Origin: a virus
Lineage: Duplodnaviria; Caudoviricetes
Length of the DNA stretch: 64,000 bases
Direction: 5' to 3' (one strand)
IMG/VR virus record: IMGVR_UViG_3300006143_000006
Location: 1,512-65,511 of that record
Position numbers and translations under genes: made by a program. Below the pieces are notes generated by a model. The model was given only the letters and a program-made list of their open reading frames with translations. It was not told where the DNA came from and searched no databases. Each line of letters opens with the position of its first letter. The first letter of the stretch is position 1. Shown here piece by piece: positions 1 to 10,196 of this stretch.

Positions 1-1833
1 TTCACGGGCATTTTCCCATGCGGCTACATATGCGTCAGCGTCATACTTAAACCCTTCTGCATCTGGATTGATAATATCCGGGGATATAAACTGTACGAAT
101 GATTTAAAATCATCTGTACCAACTTTTCTCTGCTTATATAACTCATTTGCCTGGTTTGCAAATTCAGCCATGGAATTCCAGTCAGCGTCCTTATTCTCGG
201 ATTCAAATGCAGCCTTTACGCCGTCTACAGAACCGTCAATAGAGTTAATGGCTTGCTGTGCTTCTTCGGCAGATTGCACCAGTCCACTAAAGTAATCGTC
301 AAATACAGCTTTTTTGCCATCCCCAGTGATACCGAGGTCATTAAGGGTGATACCCATTTCATGAAGTGCGTCAGTTGCCTTTCCCCCAGATTTTACAGCC
401 TCTAGGAGTTGGTCTTTGATTGTATTGGATGTTTTGGAGCCGTTGAAGTAGGATTCAATTTGTTTTACTTGTTTTCCGGTTGGAGAAAGATCTATATTAG
501 TTACAGAATCTAATGCTTTTTCTAATTCTCTAATTTGGGCAGCATTTGCAGAGGGATCTAATTTTAAAGCATCAAGTTGGCTTTGGATAGTTTCCGAACG
601 GGAATCTATATCGGAGTAAAGTGTGTTGATAGATTCTTGATAACGTTTAAGTTCTTTTTCGGCTTCTTTTAATTCAATGTTTTTTCTAAAATATCCGTCA
701 TCCCAAATTGAAAGTTCAGATGTTTCTTCTTTTAATTTTACAATCTTTTCTTCTAAATTGGGTATCTCGGATTCATATTCTTTAATTAAAGCCAAATCTT
801 CTTTGAGTGCTTCGGTATCAGTTGATTTACCAACCTCGCCTTTAAATGTCTTCTCGCCTTTGGAATCACCCATTTTGACACTTTGAGCAACACTATGGTC
901 TTCTTTAGTCATTGCTTCTTTTGCATCATTGATGGCTTCTTGGGATTGGATAGCTAATAATCTCTCTTGTAATTGTATTTTCCGTTCCAGTTCAGCGTTT
1001 TGTGACTGTAAATTTTCTAACTCGGTTTCTTCAGCAACAGTAATAGTACCTGCGTCTTGTAATCCTTGTAATTCTGTAATACGAGACTGAGTTGTTTCTA
1101 ATTCAGAATTTAGAGATTCTAGATTAGACTTTGTATCTTGATATTTTTGTGAAGACTTTTGTAAAGCAGTGTTTGCCTCTTTATAGTCTATAGTTAATGC
1201 GTCTTCAAGTGCCACAGCAGCAACTGCAGCGGCAGACACCCATGTTAGGGGATTAGTGGCTAGTGTTGTGAATAGGTTTTTGGCGGAAGCGGCTATGCCA
1301 GTAAATATGTTTGGAAGGGTGGATGACGTTTGGTTCGCTGTTGTGCCAAGGTCGATGATGGAATCGGAGAGTCCATCAACAGAATTCAAGGCATCTAAAA
1401 CAGTTTGCTTATAATTATTTACGTTGCCGGAGTCTAAAACTGCTGACAATCTATTATGCATTTTATCTGATAGCTTACCACTTTCTAATAACTTTGTACC
1501 AATTTCATCCAAGTTGTCTCCAAATTCATTTACAGCTTTTCCCCAAGTTAATTTACCAGAGGCAACTTTCTGTGTGAATGTTGCGTCTTTTCCCATTGCA
1601 ATTAGTTCGGTTGTCAATGAATCAGTTAAACTCATAGTTGCAGCTTTAGCTTGTATTTGCGCTGTTGTAAATTCACTTAAACCATTAGTATTTATTTTAA
1701 ATTCTTTGTTAAGCAATTCAGTATGTATGTTTTGCATATCACTTAAAGAATTGTATCCTTTAAAAGTTCCTGCAAACATTTCATACAATCCATGACTTCC
1801 ATCAAAGTTAAATAGACTCCCTAAATCATTAAA
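1..1833 (-). CDS. Tape measure protein, predicted exon 2 (C-terminal part, runs off window)
   Basis: Manually checked stop-free minus frame from 1833 to 1 (611 codons, FNDLGSLFNFDG...ATNPLTWVSAAAVAAVALED...coiled coil); missing from ORF track because it runs off the edge; no RBS/start at its 5' end. Confidence 0.85.
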
Positions 1834-1918
1834 CTGCAAGTATATTTCATAATAATATTGGCTTTATCACATGAAATATGATATAATTTAGAAAATTTAT
1901 TTTACGAGGTGGAATATT

Positions 1919-2506
1919 ATGGCATTAGTTATTTGTCCCGAATGTAAAAAAGAGATAAGTGAATATACAGAGAACTGCCCTACATGTGGATTCCCTTTAA
2001 AAAATTTTATAGAAGAAAAAAATTTTTTTAATATATCTGGTGTATTAGTTTGTCCTAGGTGTGCAGAGATTTATAACGGTTGGGATTTAAAATATGGACT
2101 TCCACAACATTTAAAATGTGATTATTGTGATACCATTCTTGTTCAAACACAAGAAGATACAGAAACATTATATAAATTAAGTATATTAAAAGAAGATGAA
2201 GAAAAATATAAAAACGTATCAATTGAGATAGCGAAAAAATATGGAAATAATCAATTCTCTCAAGAAGAATACAATAAACGTGTTAACAAAATGAAATCTG
2301 ATAATGATGAATGGTTAAAACAGCATGAAAATAAAAATTTACAACAACAATTACAACCCCCAAGTACCTCTAAATGTCCCAAATGCGGTTCAACAGCGAT
2401 AGAAGCAACTCAAAAGGGATATTCCTTATTAACAGGTTTCATAGGTTCTGGTAAAACAATGAATTATTGTAAAAACTGTGGACATAAGTGGAAACTAGGG
2501 AAATAA
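1919..2506 (+). CDS. Zinc-ribbon protein (double Zn-ribbon N-terminus, C-terminal CPKCGS...CKNCGHKW ribbon)
   Basis: Multiple CxxC pairs; RBS GAGGTGG and TGaTATAAT extended -10 upstream (~1878-1887). Confidence 0.8.
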   Translation: MALVICPECKKEISEYTENCPTCGFPLKNFIEEKNFFNISGVLVCPRCAEIYNGWDLKYGLPQHLKCDYCDTILVQTQEDTETLYKLSILKEDEEKYKNVSIEIAKKYGNNQFSQEEYNKRVNKMKSDNDEWLKQHENKNLQQQLQPPSTSKCPKCGSTAIEATQKGYSLLTGFIGSGKTMNYCKNCGHKWKLGK

Positions 2507-2518
2507 TATTTGTTTATG

Positions 2519-2546
2519 ATAACTGTGGATATGAGTGGTAGGAGAG
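2519..2546 (+). repeat. 28-bp direct repeat ATAACTGTGGATATGAGTGGTAGGAGAG (copy 1), encodes NCGYEW-stop
   Basis: Identical copy at 6216-6243; remnant of a zinc-ribbon gene 3' end. Confidence 0.9.
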
Positions 2547-2732
2547 AATAATCACAACTCAACGTAATGATTATAATGGTTTTTCTTAATAATATTATAT
2601 TGTTGGAGTAGTCTTTTTGCCTTATAGTATAAAGATAATATGATATAATATATAATAGTTTTTTTCTTCTTATTAACAGATTCGCCAATATAGTCTATTA
2701 TTATAATTTAAATCACCTCCTGGAGGAAAAGT

Positions 2733-3452
2733 ATGATTGATAAAAGAATAGAAGCACATGTACAATTTTTATGGGATAAATTTAATAGTGAAATTGAAGA
2801 AATTCCACATATTGAAAAAATTAATCTTGTAACCAATAATAAGTCTTGGGTATATTTCCCTATAGATGATTTATATAATCAAAAATATATAATGTATATT
2901 AATGATAAAATAAAAGAACAACCAAAAGAATTATTTGAACAAGTTTTATTTCATGAATTTGTACATATTTATGATTCAATAAAGTTAATAAAATATAATA
3001 TTAATGATTTTAAAAAATTAATGAATATATATTCTGAAATCCATGCGTCTGAAATTCTAATGGATAGATTACTAATTACACAAAATAAAAAACCATACAG
3101 ATTAGAAAACATTGTAATTCATAATGTCAGTATACCATTATATTCTTTCATGGAACAAACTGCTAATTCATTGAAAGAAGAATTTACTTTTAATAAACAA
3201 ACAATATTGAAACAGACATATAACTATAAATCAATATATTATTATATTGGATACATTTTGTCTTTAGAAAAACATGGAATTCAATACACATATAATTTTG
3301 AATATATTAATCGTTCATTGTCTGATTTATTATATAAAATACTAAATAGTTTTATTATAAAAAATTATACACCTGAATTACTAATTCAATATGAAAATGA
3401 TTTAAAGGGAACTATTTTGAATTTAGTAAAAGAAACATTGGGATTAGCATAG
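2733..3452 (+). CDS. Putative zincin-type metallopeptidase-like protein
   Basis: LFHEFVH (HExxH) plus downstream YSEIHA glutamate; GGAGG RBS. Confidence 0.6.
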   Translation: MIDKRIEAHVQFLWDKFNSEIEEIPHIEKINLVTNNKSWVYFPIDDLYNQKYIMYINDKIKEQPKELFEQVLFHEFVHIYDSIKLIKYNINDFKKLMNIYSEIHASEILMDRLLITQNKKPYRLENIVIHNVSIPLYSFMEQTANSLKEEFTFNKQTILKQTYNYKSIYYYIGYILSLEKHGIQYTYNFEYINRSLSDLLYKILNSFIIKNYTPELLIQYENDLKGTILNLVKETLGLA

Positions 3453-3703
3453 ATATTTTGTATATTATTCTGGGCACTATAATCGAACTTATGATAGTCT
3501 TAATACCCTTCACCTAATACCTTCTTCTTAAAAAGTTCGATAATTCTATAACATTCAGAATTACTAACTTGATTAGAATATAGTGTTCTTACAAGCATAT
3601 TGGCAATATAGTTTTCTTTTTCCATTTGTTTATTTACTTGCGCAACTGCATCGACCATATTAATATTGTTCATTTTTCACCAACTTTCTGAAAGGAGATT
3701 TTT

Positions 3704-4156
3704 ATGAAATTAGAACCTGATTGTGTACGTGATGTTTTACTATATCTTGAATCCCATTTAGAATATGTAGAAAGAAATGATCACGGATTAGAACATAATG
3801 AAATCAATTTTAGTTCAATTTCTGATGCCTTATTACAAGAACATAATTATAGCAAAGATTCTGTTAATTATGCTATTGAAAAACTATTGGAGGTAGGATT
3901 TATCACCTCTAACAAGCAGGTATATGGAAATAAAAAAACTATTCTTTCTTCTCCAATTTCTGATATTACATGGAGTGGACATCAATTCCTAAACAACATA
4001 CGCAAACAATCTATTTGGGATGCAACAAAATCTGGTGCCAAAAAGATTGGTGCTACTTCTATATCTGCTTTCAATATGATTGCAATGGAAATTGTCAAAA
4101 CTATTGTAACAAAACCAGAGGTAATAAACAGTATAATAAGCGAATTTCATCTTTAA
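3704..4156 (+). CDS. DUF2513-like winged-helix protein
   Basis: MKLEPDCVRDVLL start and ITWSGHQFLNNIRKQSIW motif typical of DUF2513; AAGGAG RBS. Confidence 0.8.
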   Translation: MKLEPDCVRDVLLYLESHLEYVERNDHGLEHNEINFSSISDALLQEHNYSKDSVNYAIEKLLEVGFITSNKQVYGNKKTILSSPISDITWSGHQFLNNIRKQSIWDATKSGAKKIGATSISAFNMIAMEIVKTIVTKPEVINSIISEFHL

Positions 4157-4223
4157 TATGGAATTAACACCTGTTGTATAGGCGGTATAATAAGTGTTTA
4201 CACATGAAGTACAAGGAATAATC

Positions 4224-4265
4224 TACTGTGCTAATTGTGGACACACATGGAAACCAGGGAAATAG
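4224..4265 (+). pseudogene. Remnant 3' end of a zinc-ribbon gene (YCANCGHTWKPGK-stop)
   Basis: Matches C-terminus of 1919-2506 ([13 protein letters not shown]-stop); no intact upstream frame. Confidence 0.75.
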
Positions 4266-4365
4266 TGTGGCATTGGCTTTATAGAATGAAAAATTTTATT
4301 TGTTGTAAAAATTAGCAACTTATAGAGTATAAAATTTGATTATTTAAAGTTAGTGGGAATACAAT

Positions 4366-4390
4366 AAAAGACACCAGATGGTGTCTTTTT
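4366..4390. terminator. Bidirectional intrinsic terminator
   Basis: AAAAGACACC-AGAT-GGTGTCTTTTT between convergent genes. Confidence 0.8.
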
Positions 4391-4396
4391 GTAACA

Positions 4397-4783
4397 CTAT
4401 TTTGTAAAATTTAAAAATGGAAGATTTAATGGTTTCATCCCTGCCTGTGTTGTTATCAAAGATATTATAGGTCTTGCATATGATAACAAAACTGTAGGAG
4501 CATTTATTTCTAATAATTTATCAAAAGATATTCCTTGAATTTCTCCGTCTAATTTAAAATGTGCGCCAATTATTAAGTTTATAAAAAACGGAAATTCAGA
4601 AGAATCCTCACCAATTTTGATTTCTAATTCTACAACCGCTTCATTAGTGCTTTTTTTATCAATATTATTATTTAGAGACACGTTTAAAATATCATTTGAG
4701 ATATTAGCATTGTCACCATTTTTTATTTCAAAATCTAATTTGACTAGTTTAGGATTTGAAAACTTAAAATTACTTTTTTCCAT
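4397..4783 (-). CDS. SecB-like chaperone
   Basis: INAPTVLLSYARPIISLITTQAGMKPLNLPFLNF is the SecB-family C-terminal signature. Confidence 0.85.
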   Translation of the reverse strand: MEKSNFKFSNPKLVKLDFEIKNGDNANISNDILNVSLNNNIDKKSTNEAVVELEIKIGEDSSEFPFFINLIIGAHFKLDGEIQGISFDKLLEINAPTVLLSYARPIISLITTQAGMKPLNLPFLNFTK

Positions 4784-4801
4784 TTTTATATTTCTCCCTA
4801 C

Positions 4802-5449
4802 TTATGCTGCATATAATATCGCTTTATAATCATCTAGTTCTTCAGAATTCATATTATCGTTTGTTTCGTATTCGATTTCAACCTCTGCTTGGAAAGAAAT
4901 TTTAGTGTCTGAATTTGTAATATTCATTGATAATTCTTCATACGCTTTATAAAAACTTTGTAAAATTTGTTCGTTAGAAATTGTCAAATCAAAAATGTAT
5001 TGTTCAAAATTATTTTTATCAAAGAGATGGAGAGGTAACGTTAAAGAAACAGAAGAATTTTTTATTTTGTTAATATAATCAGTTAAATACTCTTTCATTT
5101 CCAGATATTGATCATTTAATGGTAATTCATCCTCATCAATATCATTATATTCAGTGAGAACATAATTTATTTCTTTTTCAAAGGGTTTATTCGCAACTAT
5201 AACAGATTTGTTTTTATACACACTAAGAACGGTACATTCGTCATTTATAACATCTAATAACTCATTATTTGATATTTTTACAATAATCCATGATTCTTCA
5301 TCAATTATATCGTCACATACACATAAATATCTACTCTTATTCTTATCAATACATACAAATATAATAGGTATATTTTCAAAAGAAAACAGTTCTTCTTCTA
5401 AATATAACGTTCCTATTTGTGGTACGTTTTTAAAATACTCATTACTCAT
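4802..5449 (-). CDS. Putative antitoxin (DUF6575-like N-terminus, acidic tail)
   Basis: FSFENIPIIFVCIDKNKSRYLCVC motif; probable ATG at 5449 overlaps upstream stop; sits between toxin-like and SecB-like genes. Confidence 0.55.
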   Translation of the reverse strand: MSNEYFKNVPQIGTLYLEEELFSFENIPIIFVCIDKNKSRYLCVCDDIIDEESWIIVKISNNELLDVINDECTVLSVYKNKSVIVANKPFEKEINYVLTEYNDIDEDELPLNDQYLEMKEYLTDYINKIKNSSVSLTLPLHLFDKNNFEQYIFDLTISNEQILQSFYKAYEELSMNITNSDTKISFQAEVEIEYETNDNMNSEELDDYKAILYAA

Positions 5450-5909
5450 TATAATTTTCCTCTTTATACTGCTCACAAATTTCAAAATTATTTTTTATTT
5501 TTTCAAAATTTCCTTTATAAATCCACCAATCGACATGATCTTTATCTTTATAATTAGGTATACGATCTTTTGTCAATTGGGATAAACCACATATAGTATT
5601 TCCGTGAATTAAAATTGGATGTGGATACTGTTCATGATACCTTCTCTTAATAAAATTTAAAAACTTTTCAGGGGATTTAGGAGAAAGATAACATGAAGTA
5701 GAATATAGACCTATTTCATCAGGACTTTTCTTACTTTTTCTATCTTCATATTGATATTCTTCATAACTACACCAAAACGTTGATTCATTAATTATACCGC
5801 TTTTTGAAACCCGATATACATGTTGTTCATTCTGTTCTTTACCATTTCTGTAAATATCTTTAATTAACTCTTGTGGTATACAATCTGCTAAGTTAGACCC
5901 TCTATCCAT
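5442..5909 (-). CDS. Putative ADP-ribosyltransferase-fold toxin
   Basis: VYR ... STSCY ... HVDWW pattern resembling the R-S-x ART fold; first gene of a coupled triad. Confidence 0.55.
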   Translation of the reverse strand: MDRGSNLADCIPQELIKDIYRNGKEQNEQHVYRVSKSGIINESTFWCSYEEYQYEDRKSKKSPDEIGLYSTSCYLSPKSPEKFLNFIKRRYHEQYPHPILIHGNTICGLSQLTKDRIPNYKDKDHVDWWIYKGNFEKIKNNFEICEQYKEENYNE

Positions 5910-6094
5910 ATTTTCTTCCTTTGTTTTTAAATTTACTATTATATTATAAAGGTAAATAATGGAAAAGTCTATACAAACATATATTCGATTTTATACCATA
6001 AATGTCAAAAAGTCAAGATTTTATTGTTTATTGAACGTAATAACTTAGCAGGAATCTTCCAAAATAATTTACTGGACGTTATGAAGAGACACAA

Positions 6095-6238
6095 ACTCCC
6101 AAATGCTCAACATGTTAGTCAACTAACATAAAAAAGATATTGACAACATAAAAAGTAGCAAATACAGCATTATTTGGATTATTTGGGACTAAGAGACATA
6201 AAACATTCCACTGTAATAACTGTGGATATGAGTGGTAG
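6095..6238 (+). pseudogene. Decayed zinc-ribbon gene 3' half
   Basis: TPKCSTC*STNIKKILTT*KVANTALFGLFGTKRHKTFHCNNCGYEW-stop, two in-frame stops. Confidence 0.8.
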
Positions 6239-6243
6239 GAGAG
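6216..6243 (+). repeat. 28-bp direct repeat (copy 2)
   Basis: Identical to 2519-2546. Confidence 0.9.
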
Positions 6244-6289
6244 TGAGAGTAGTAAGATGGGATTCGTTCTTGAATCTCATCTTACTACT

Positions 6290-6982
6290 TTAGTACATAA
6301 TCTTATTATTCTTTTCCATTAATGAAATTAATTTACTATATTGCTTGGCAGATAAAATTCTTTGCAATTGATGTGTTTCTGCTAAAGATAAATTATTTAA
6401 TGTGATATTAAAAAGATAAATCATTATTGCATCAAATTGTTTGGTAAGATTAATTAAATCAGTGTGAACTTGATTGATAAATTTACTATCATTTTTTAAA
6501 ATTGTTTCCAAGAATCCAATTCCTTGATTGTTAGTATTTTTATCATGAACATCATTAGAATATTTTGCATAATACGTATATATGTATTCTAAGTTTTCGT
6601 TTTTAACACGAATGGAGTTATTTCTCAATTTTAAATCATCTTTTATATGTCTGTAGCTTGTTTTGTTTATTTTATCAGCAGAATAATTAAAACAAATAGA
6701 ATATAAAAACTTTAATAACTGTTCGATAGAATATCTCATGCAACCATTTATACCTATTCCGTCATTTACAGGGAGATATATCAATATCTTATTCAAACCC
6801 CATTTATATCTTTGTAAGAATAGTATATTTTCTTGGTTTATTTCAATATTTGAATATTTTAAATATATGTCTGTTAAAATATTATTTTTACATATAATGT
6901 TATAAACATCGTTATATAAGGTGTGATATTTTGAAAAAGGGAAATATTTATCAACAAATTCTTTATATTCACAATTCTTCAT
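6290..6982 (-). CDS. Hypothetical alpha-helical protein, possibly HEPN-like
   Basis: RYSIEQLL and YAKYSNDVH segments resemble degenerate HEPN motifs; start overlaps upstream stop. Confidence 0.45.
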   Translation of the reverse strand: MKNCEYKEFVDKYFPFSKYHTLYNDVYNIICKNNILTDIYLKYSNIEINQENILFLQRYKWGLNKILIYLPVNDGIGINGCMRYSIEQLLKFLYSICFNYSADKINKTSYRHIKDDLKLRNNSIRVKNENLEYIYTYYAKYSNDVHDKNTNNQGIGFLETILKNDSKFINQVHTDLINLTKQFDAIMIYLFNITLNNLSLAETHQLQRILSAKQYSKLISLMEKNNKIMY

Positions 6983-7373
6983 TGCTCCCCCTTCTATATT
7001 TGTTCATTATATCAGACATATAGTTACTTTTCTTTTTCTTTTTCTTTTTTGTTTGTTGTTCATTAGATGAGGAATTTTCTTTCATTTCTAACTTTTTTTC
7101 TAGTGTATTGATATATAATTGTATTTGTGATTCGTCAGCTTTTTCAATATTACGTAATATTTTTCCTAACATCGTTGTTCTGCTTTTCAACAAATATGGT
7201 TTATAACTAATTTTTAATTCTTTTAAGAAATCAGCAATATTTACATTTAAAGGAAATTCTTCCTTTGACAGAATAAGGTCAACTACAATTCCATATAATT
7301 CTAATTTGATTAGTTCAAGATCTGATGTTTTTTTAATGTGTGTTATCCGTTTTATTATTACTTTTTTGTTCAT
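6969..7373 (-). CDS. Hypothetical protein with basic C-terminal tail
   Basis: 134 aa ORF overlapping both neighbours; KKKKKKK tract. Confidence 0.6.
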   Translation of the reverse strand: MNKKVIIKRITHIKKTSDLELIKLELYGIVVDLILSKEEFPLNVNIADFLKELKISYKPYLLKSRTTMLGKILRNIEKADESQIQLYINTLEKKLEMKENSSSNEQQTKKKKKKKSNYMSDIMNKYRRGSNEEL

Positions 7374-8229
7374 TATATTTATTTACCTCTCTTTCAAATT
7401 CATTACTAATCTCTACTATATTATTCTTCAAAGCTTCGTCTTGTCTATCTATAATGAATTTAGATAATTGAGATGTAATCATTTTTTCTGATTTCATAAA
7501 GTAATTTTCAAATATGTAAATATTTTTATTAGATAAAGCTTCCTTTATTTGAAGCATATTATTTTGAATTCCAGCTTTATACCCATTAGGTATTTTTGTA
7601 AATATTATGCCTAGATTATCTAATGGTTTGCATTGAAAATTCGCTTTATATGTGTTTTTAGCATGTTTTACAACTTCTTCTAATAAATCAACACCTAATA
7701 AGGAATATGCATCAGGCACAACAGGAACGATGTATAAATCACATGCAAAAAAGGTTGCAATCGTATAAAAAGAATAAGTAGGAGGACAATCTATAAATAT
7801 GTAATCATATTTTTCTTTTAGATTATTATCTTCTATAAAATTATTTAATTTTTGTTCAGAAGCTCCGCTTCCAGTTTCCCTTTCCATAAATATAGCATGT
7901 AATTCACCCGGGATAATATGTAAATTATTATCTAACTTATAAATAGTTTTTTCCAAAGTTACTTGTTCAAGCCTACCAGAACTTTGAGAAAAAATATTCT
8001 CAATAGATGGGAGATGTCTTGGTTCTGTTATAATTTTATCTTCTTCATGTCCTAATACATTGTATCTCTCAAAAAAGGATTGTGTACAGTTTGATTGTGG
8101 ATCCATATCTATTATTAATATCTTTTTTTTATTTATATTAGATAAGCACAGTGCAATTTCTTTACACAATGTTGTTTTACACACACCACCCTTCATATTT
8201 AAAAACGCTATTATGTTCCTTTTTTTCAT
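7333..8229 (-). CDS. ParA/MinD-family ATPase
   Basis: Deviant Walker A KGGVCKTT, IDMDPQSN, Walker B FIDCPP. Confidence 0.9.
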   Translation of the reverse strand: MKKRNIIAFLNMKGGVCKTTLCKEIALCLSNINKKKILIIDMDPQSNCTQSFFERYNVLGHEEDKIITEPRHLPSIENIFSQSSGRLEQVTLEKTIYKLDNNLHIIPGELHAIFMERETGSGASEQKLNNFIEDNNLKEKYDYIFIDCPPTYSFYTIATFFACDLYIVPVVPDAYSLLGVDLLEEVVKHAKNTYKANFQCKPLDNLGIIFTKIPNGYKAGIQNNMLQIKEALSNKNIYIFENYFMKSEKMITSQLSKFIIDRQDEALKNNIVEISNEFEREVNKYNEQKSNNKTDNTH

Positions 8230-8915
8230 TTGTATTATCCTCCTTGCGACCTTACAGTGTAATTGTACTATATTGTATCTGCTATTTCAATAATAAATAA
8301 GGATGAAAGATGAAGAGGAGATGAGAGGATATGGTAAAACACTTAAGGGGTTTTTTTATCTATAATTTAATGTAGGAACTTGAAAAGTTACATAAGAGTT
8401 AGTATTGCATATTTTTATAAGATTGATCACATCATTTTTTTGAATCTGACCATGTTTATAAGATTTTTTACAATCTTCAGAAGATAAAGGACATTGAGTG
8501 TTCTCTTTACGGGCTACGTCCATAATTTTTTTGAAAAGCTCTTTCGGAAAAAGTGATCTATTATATTTAATTCTATAATAATCACCTACTTTTCAGTTAT
8601 AAAAAGACAGACAATGTAGGTGTCTTTTAGAGTGCTTTTTATCAGCTTAATCGTTAAATTGTTTTTATACCATTTTATTTATATTATTCTGAATATGTAT
8701 CGTCTGTTAGAGAAAACTGCTACTCGATCATCTTCTTAACCATATAACCCACCGACAGAACCATTCCTTGGATTTGTCGAAATTAAAAAAATATGTCGCA
8801 ATATTCCTTGGCATATGTTATAATATAAAGGGTTTCTCAATAGTAGGTGAGTGAGGAGAGCAGTGGTTCTCCCTATTCGCTTACTATTTTTATTATGAAA
8901 TAGGAGAGTACACAA

Positions 8916-9512
8916 ATGAAAAAATACCTACATAAAACCAACAAAAATCATTATTTTTCAGTAAAATTCATCAACTATATTTGTCTGTTCACATTTATGT
9001 TAATGTTAATTACTGGATGTTCTGGCAAAGAAGAAAATTTACAACAAAAGGTTGATGATTTAACTTCACAATATGAAGAACTACAAAAAGACCATGAAAC
9101 TCTTAATGAAGAATATAAGAAATTGCTGTCAGACTATGAAACATTGCAATCTGAAATAGAGAAATACCAGGATCAGCAAGCTACGATTGATGACCTAAAT
9201 AGTAAACTTACAGAATTACAAAATCAAAATAATGCCTTACAATCTGAAAAAGAATCATTAGCTTCTCAAGTATCAGCATTACAAACAACACAATCACAAA
9301 ACAATGATTCATCAGGAGGCAATGGATGGAGAGTTTCAGGTGTGATTTCAAATTCATCAGATGACTCAGGAGCTACGGTATGGCTATCGGAAACAGGAGA
9401 TAAATATCATAGTATAAATAACTGTGGACGTATGAATCCTAACAAAGCCAGACAAGTATCCCAATCATCAGCAGAAGCTAGTGGGTATGGAAGATGTAGC
9501 AAATGCTTTTGA
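8916..9512 (+). CDS. Putative lipoprotein: coiled coil plus C-terminal Cys/His metal-binding domain
   Basis: Signal peptide with LITGC lipobox, heptad repeats, VWLSETGDKYH...C...CSKC tail. Confidence 0.75.
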   Translation: MKKYLHKTNKNHYFSVKFINYICLFTFMLMLITGCSGKEENLQQKVDDLTSQYEELQKDHETLNEEYKKLLSDYETLQSEIEKYQDQQATIDDLNSKLTELQNQNNALQSEKESLASQVSALQTTQSQNNDSSGGNGWRVSGVISNSSDDSGATVWLSETGDKYHSINNCGRMNPNKARQVSQSSAEASGYGRCSKCF

Positions 9513-9782
9513 TTTAAAAAAATGTGCGAAACTCATATTATTGAGACAGATATTAGCATAGGTTTAAACCATAGTATGATACAATGCAATATTTATGATA
9601 TATCTTATCAAGAACATCAGCTTCTTGAGAGTATACGTCCTGAGTCAATATGGGGGACTAAAAATATAGCAAATTCTATAGTAAACTATTCATTAAATTT
9701 ATAGAAGATACAGTTCAAAAATACGCAGTAACTGCAACGGCAGTAATATTTAATAATTTAAAAAAATCCATAAAATATAAAA

Positions 9783-9817
9783 GTTAATCCTCGTGCATTG
9801 AAAGCACGGGGATTAAC
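9783..9817. terminator. Strong hairpin terminator (T-tract on minus strand)
   Basis: GTTAATCCTCGTGC-ATTGAAA-GCACGGGGATTAAC flanked by A/T runs. Confidence 0.8.
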
Positions 9818-9873
9818 ATTTTCCACTTATTAAGTTGTTTATAAATTCTATAGCAACATATTGTTATCAATTT

Positions 9874-10041
9874 CTACAACACAATACACTGATATCTTCT
9901 CTTATCCGAATATATTCTCAGTAGTTCATCCAGAGTATCAGAATTATTACCATAAATTTCATCATAGATCTTGGAATATAATCCAGACTTATCTATTACC
10001 AGAAGCCTCCAGGTATTGTCGTTAAATTCAAAATGATTCAT
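9874..10041 (-). CDS. Small hypothetical protein (55 aa, MNHFEFNDNTWRLL...)
   Basis: GGAGGTG RBS before ATG; below ORF-track cutoff. Confidence 0.4.
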   Translation of the reverse strand: MNHFEFNDNTWRLLVIDKSGLYSKIYDEIYGNNSDTLDELLRIYSDKRRYQCIVL

Positions 10042-10196
10042 AATACACCTCCGAATATCTTTGATGTGATTATGATATCATAGTGGGTGTAGAGAAATCT
10101 GGACAGTGGGAGAAAAACTAATAATAAAAGAAAGAAATTGTTACAATTTGTTTTATTAAACTATATATAATTTCAACAATTTCTTTCTTTGATTAT

